A stretch of 34,577 nt of DNA from Gemmatimonadota bacterium (GTDB taxonomy: Bacteria; Gemmatimonadota; Gemmatimonadetes; Gemmatimonadales; GWC2-71-9). A model generated the notes under the pieces. That model was not told the origin of the DNA and searched no databases. It was given only the letters and a program-made list of their open reading frames with translations. The position numbers and the translations under genes are program-made. The first letter of the stretch is position 1, and each line of letters begins with the position of its first letter. The DNA is taken from the NCBI GenBank assembly GCA_003222235.1, contig QHVD01000026.1, positions 1-34,577 of the forward strand. Direction: 5' to 3'. This document shows, one piece after another, positions 31,306-34,577 of this stretch.

Positions 31306-32376
31306 TCAGTCTCCCAGGCTGATGCCGAGATCCCGCGCGGTGGCGATGGTGTCGGAGTCGAGCGGCACGCGTTTGGGGGTGGCGAGCGCCTCGTCGATGG
31401 CCACGAAGTCGAACGTCGGGGGCCGGAGGGCGACCATGTTCCCGAACTTGCCCTCGGCGATGAGGCGCACCGCGGCGGCGCCGAACCGCAGCCCGAGCAG
31501 GCGGTCGAACGTCGTGGGACTGCCGCCCCGCTGCAGGTGGCCGAGCACCAGAGTGCGCGTCTCCTTGCCCGTCATTGCCTCGATCGAGTTCGCGACCTTG
31601 TCGGCGACGCCGCCCAGACGCTCGTGCACCGGGTCGATGAGCGATACGGTCCCACCCTTGGGCGCCGCCCCTTCCGCCGCCACCACGATGCTGAAATGGC
31701 GGCCCTCGACCTCGCGCCGGCGGATCTTCTCGCACACCTTCGCGAGATCGAAGGGGATCTCGGGGATTAGAATCACGTCGGCCGAGCCGGCTATCCCTGA
31801 GTGCAGCGCGATCCACCCGGCATACCGGCCCATCACCTCGACCACCATGACGCGCTCGTGGCTCTCGGCCGTCGAATGGACCTTGTCGATCGCGTCGGTG
31901 GCGGTCTGGACCGCGGTGTCGAACCCGAAGGTCGCCACCGTGCCGCCGACGTCGTTGTCGATCGTCTTCGGAACGCCGACGACCGGGATGCCCTTCTCGC
32001 GGAACAGTCGCTGCGCGATGCGCAACGAGCCGTCGCCGCCGATGGCGATCAGCGCGTCGATCTCGAGCGTCCGGAACGCTGCGACAAGCTCGTCGGAGCG
32101 GTCGCGCTCGACCGAGGCACCACCGGACCGGGATGTAGGCCAGCGGAAGGGATCGCCGCGATTGGTGGTCCCCAGGATGGTGCCGCCGAGATGGGTGATG
32201 CCGCGCACCGCGTTCGCGTCGAGCGGGACGACACGATCCTCCCCGAGCAGCCCGCCGTAACCGCGTCGGATGCCGACGCATTCCCAGCCGCGATGGAGCG
32301 AAGCGAGGACGGCGCCGCGGATGACGGCATTGAGGCCGGGCGCATCGCCGCCGCCGGTGGAGATGGCGATCTTCAA
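31306..32376 (-). CDS. pfkA: 6-phosphofructokinase (PfkA family)
   Basis: Motifs KIAISTGGGDAPGLNAVIRG, IGGDGS, VGVPKTIDNDV and MGRYAGWIAL. The TTG start overlaps the upstream selenoprotein stop as TTGA. Confidence 0.9.
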   Translation of the reverse strand: MKIAISTGGGDAPGLNAVIRGAVLASLHRGWECVGIRRGYGGLLGEDRVVPLDANAVRGITHLGGTILGTTNRGDPFRWPTSRSGGASVERDRSDELVAAFRTLEIDALIAIGGDGSLRIAQRLFREKGIPVVGVPKTIDNDVGGTVATFGFDTAVQTATDAIDKVHSTAESHERVMVVEVMGRYAGWIALHSGIAGSADVILIPEIPFDLAKVCEKIRRREVEGRHFSIVVAAEGAAPKGGTVSLIDPVHERLGGVADKVANSIEAMTGKETRTLVLGHLQRGGSPTTFDRLLGLRFGAAAVRLIAEGKFGNMVALRPPTFDFVAIDEALATPKRVPLDSDTIATARDLGISLGD

Positions 32377-32615
32377 CGCGATGGAGGCGGCGCAACCTGC
32401 TGCATCAGCCGCAGGACTTCTCCCGGCTCGGCGTGGCGGCCCACGGCTTTTTTCGAGAAGATCCGGCGCCCGTCTACCTCGACCTCGAACACGCCGCCGG
32501 AAGACTGGATAAGCTTCACGTCGGCGTGCGGATACACCTTGCGCAGTTCGGCCGCCAGACCGGCGGCTCGGGGCTCATAATTTCAGACGACGCAGTATTC
32601 GATCGTGACTCGCAT
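32373..32615 (-). CDS. SelW/Rdx-family selenoprotein (80 aa) with in-frame UGA (Sec) at 32583-32585
   Basis: The protein reads MRVTIEYCVV-U-NYEPRAAGLAAELRKVYPHADVKLIQSSGGVFEVEVDGRRIFSKKAVGRHAEPGEVLRLMQQVAPPPSR*. The CxxU redox motif and the GGxFEVxVDGxxIFSK block are the Rdx signature. The track shows only the N-terminal fragment, as the tail (...MRVTIEYCVV*) of the spurious 242-aa ORF 32583..33311. Confidence 0.75.
32551..32567 (-). promoter_or_regulatory. SECIS-like hairpin downstream of the UGA
   Basis: On the sense strand, GCCGCC-GGUCU-GGCGGC begins 15 nt after the UGA. From memory, the apical GGUCU resembles the loop of the E. coli fdhF SECIS. Confidence 0.55.
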
Positions 32616-32680
32616 ACGAATGATGAAGAATAGTCGCGCTTGACACCCGGCGCCACAGTCCCGAGCTTGCGCGACAATCC

Positions 32681-32989
32681 ATGAGCCTGCTCCTCCGCCT
32701 GAAGGCGTCTCCGGGGTTGCTGGTGCAGGGGCTCGTGTCGCTCGCGGCCGGGCTCGCGTCCGGATGGGCGGCGATTGGGTACGCTTCGGGGCGGGCGAAC
32801 GTCGGCTCCACGCTCGGGCTCGAGTTCCTAATCCTCGTCGGGGTCGGCGCGCTGACCCGGGGTTACGGCATCGCGCTCCCGGGCAATGGCTTCTCTTCCT
32901 ACGTCTTGGGCGTGACGACGTTCGCAGTGCTCGACGGCACGTGGAGGCTCGCCGCCGTCGTAGCGCCGCTCGCGCTCGCGCCCACGTGA
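32681..32989 (+). CDS. Membrane protein (about 3 TM), probably the detached N-terminal part of the downstream sensor
   Basis: Hydrophobic segments include [34 protein letters not shown] and [26 protein letters not shown]. The stop overlaps GTG 32986 as GTGA. Confidence 0.5.
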   Translation: MSLLLRLKASPGLLVQGLVSLAAGLASGWAAIGYASGRANVGSTLGLEFLILVGVGALTRGYGIALPGNGFSSYVLGVTTFAVLDGTWRLAAVVAPLALAPT

Positions 32990-34548
32990 CGGCCGGGAGC
33001 GCCGTCGCCGGCCTCGTATATGAGCGGCTGGGCGGCGCCACGGGCACGCAGGCGCTGGCCACCGTGAACCTCGGCGCGCTGGCCGCCCTGCTCGTGCTGC
33101 TGCCGGTCGCGGTGAATGCCTCGCTGTACCTCGAGCTCGCGCTCGGCCGCCCGCTCGCGTCGCTGGACTCCGGGCTCACGGCACGCTGGGAGGCGATCGT
33201 GTACGCGTGCTCCGCAGCGCTGGCACTCGGGTGGCTGCGCCTGACCCACGCCGGTCTCGAGAGCGCGGACGCGCTCACCTTGGCCGCCGTGCTCGCGGTT
33301 GCGACCGTCACGAGCGCCTACGTGATCCGCAGAGCCGTACGCGCCGACGAGCTGGAGCTGCTCCAGGGGCTATCGCAAGCAATTGCCGGGGACTTGAGCC
33401 TCGCCAGGAGCTTCGCGCGCATCCAGAATCTCACTCGGCGGCTGGTCCCCTGGGAGCAGATGTGCTTTGCCCGCTACGACCCGCGCACCAATCAGATGGA
33501 GCTCGTCGCCGACACCGCGGCGGGAGCGAGGGGCGGAGCAGCGGGAGCGGCCGTCGAAACCGGGCGCCCGCAGCTCCGGTTCGATGCGACCGCCGGGGCG
33601 ACGGTCGAGGCGGTGCGGCTGCGGCGTCCGGTGGTCGCCGCGCCCGAGGCCGGCCTGGGAGGGGGGATCGTCCCCGGCCGAGAGACACCAGGTTCCGAAG
33701 TTCTCGTGCCCCTGTATCACGCCGGCGAGCTCGTCGGCCTGTGGAGCGTGCGCCATTCCCGACCCCGGATCTACCAGGACAGGGACGCGGCGCTCTTGGC
33801 CCTGCTCGCGCCGCAGCTCGCGCTCCTGCTCGCGATCGAAGCCTCCGTGCAGCCGGTGGCGGGGGCCTCGGAGCGGACCGGCGCTTTCGTCCAGACGCTG
33901 CGCGCCACGGCGCGGCACATCCACGCCTCGAGCCAGGGGGTGACGGCGGCAGCGCAGCGCTCCAGCCACGGTGCCCGGCAGGCGGCAAGCATCCTGACCT
34001 CGCTCGGGCGTGATTCTGAGCAGCTGCAGCGCCACGCCGGGGCGGTCGCCGAGGCCGGGGACCAGACCCGGCAATCGGGCGCGCAGATGGACAAGACCAC
34101 CGACAGGGTCCGGCTCGCCACGCAGGCCGCCGTCCGCCGCCTCACCGACCTGGGCGCGACGACCGAGGAAAGCGCAAATGAAGTCCGCCGGCTGCGGGAC
34201 GTCGCCGAGCAGGTGGAGAAGTTCTCGGAGACGATCGGCCTCGTCGCGAACCAGACCAACCTGCTGGCCCTCAACGCCACGATCGAGGCAGCCCGCGCCG
34301 GTGTGCACGGGCGCGGCTTCGGGGTGGTCGCCGACGAAGTCCACAAGCTGGCGGAGGCGAGCGGGCGCGAGGCGCGCAACGTCGGCAAATCCGCTCAGGA
34401 CACGCGCAAGGCCCTAGACCGAGCGGCGCAACTCCTCGAGCGGATCCGCACGGAACTGAGCGCAGTCGCGCAGGGCTCGGCGGACTGGGTCGGGGACCTG
34501 GACCACATCCCCGAGGCCGCCTCGCAGACCGCACGCGCCGGAAAGTAG
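32986..34548 (+). CDS. Membrane-anchored GAF-domain protein with a methyl-accepting chemotaxis (MCP) signalling domain
   Basis: TM segments come first, followed by a GAF-like region ([20 protein letters not shown]...[17 protein letters not shown]). The MCP hairpin core reads [43 protein letters not shown]. The part of track ORF 32764 upstream of 32986 is not protein-like. Confidence 0.8.
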   Translation: MTAGSAVAGLVYERLGGATGTQALATVNLGALAALLVLLPVAVNASLYLELALGRPLASLDSGLTARWEAIVYACSAALALGWLRLTHAGLESADALTLAAVLAVATVTSAYVIRRAVRADELELLQGLSQAIAGDLSLARSFARIQNLTRRLVPWEQMCFARYDPRTNQMELVADTAAGARGGAAGAAVETGRPQLRFDATAGATVEAVRLRRPVVAAPEAGLGGGIVPGRETPGSEVLVPLYHAGELVGLWSVRHSRPRIYQDRDAALLALLAPQLALLLAIEASVQPVAGASERTGAFVQTLRATARHIHASSQGVTAAAQRSSHGARQAASILTSLGRDSEQLQRHAGAVAEAGDQTRQSGAQMDKTTDRVRLATQAAVRRLTDLGATTEESANEVRRLRDVAEQVEKFSETIGLVANQTNLLALNATIEAARAGVHGRGFGVVADEVHKLAEASGREARNVGKSAQDTRKALDRAAQLLERIRTELSAVAQGSADWVGDLDHIPEAASQTARAGK

Positions 34549-34577
34549 GTCGTACACATGGCGGGAGAGGTCATGGA

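Noticed and set aside
28643-32395. 1250-aa ORF taken as a single giant helicase
   Set aside because: The N-terminal ~390 codons overlap pfkA out of frame and are low-complexity. Helicase-like sequence starts near GTG 31231, after a 74-nt gap from the pfkA stop.
1-34577. tRNA, rRNA or other structured RNA genes
   Set aside because: Reading the intergenic regions by eye, I saw no tRNA-like acceptor or T-arm (GGTTCGAATCC-type) signatures and no rRNA-like segments. This is not a substitute for tRNAscan-SE or Infernal.

Overview
High-GC bacterial chromosomal window; the phylum cannot be fixed from sequence alone. Genes are tightly packed and mostly housekeeping, and many long alternative-frame or antisense ORFs in the track are GC artefacts.

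Gene order:
- 3' end of a methyltransferase specificity domain, overlapped by an SNF2 helicase (possible edge of a defence module).
- HAD hydrolase, class I/II aminotransferase and an ornithine-cyclodeaminase-family protein.
- Frameshifted PiT phosphate transporter with its DUF47 partner, then an APC permease and prephenate dehydratase.
- Candidate DNA-damage island, about 9.6-18.5 kb. A 19-nt motif sits inside two similar promoters. One precedes an untracked 52-aa zinc-ribbon ORF plus a COG1533-type radical-SAM gene. The other precedes imuB, a split-off ImuB C-terminal ORF and dnaE2.
- Between those two units, on the minus strand: a pseudo-receiver, three tandem paralogues of an uncharacterised HTH protein, and a decayed gene.
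- msrA, an alpha/beta hydrolase translationally coupled to a 1464-aa Lhr helicase, and an A/T-richer insert with a membrane protein and an excisionase-type HTH.
- A long minus-strand string: ispH, secreted protein or lipoprotein, 4HBT thioesterase, Fis-HTH regulator, HrpA-like DEAH helicase, pfkA.
- A membrane GAF-MCP gene in two pieces.

Most interesting observations:
1. A near-identical 31-nt element built from stop-free heptamers (AGTGCGG/AATGCGG) sits inside or beside coding sequence at five loci. It splits imuB, brackets the ImuB C-terminal ORF as a perfect 31-bp inverted repeat, and abuts the dnaE2 start codon.
2. A SelW/Rdx-like selenoprotein gene has an in-frame TGA and a SECIS-like hairpin; the ORF track misses it.
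3. The shared 19-nt promoter-embedded motif is a candidate SOS operator.
4. A 20-bp tandem duplication destroys the Fis-type HTH of a small regulator.
5. The tandem HTH paralogue array shares upstream direct-repeat motifs.

I could not recognise a complete known defence system. All homology calls come from reading motifs by eye, not from searches.
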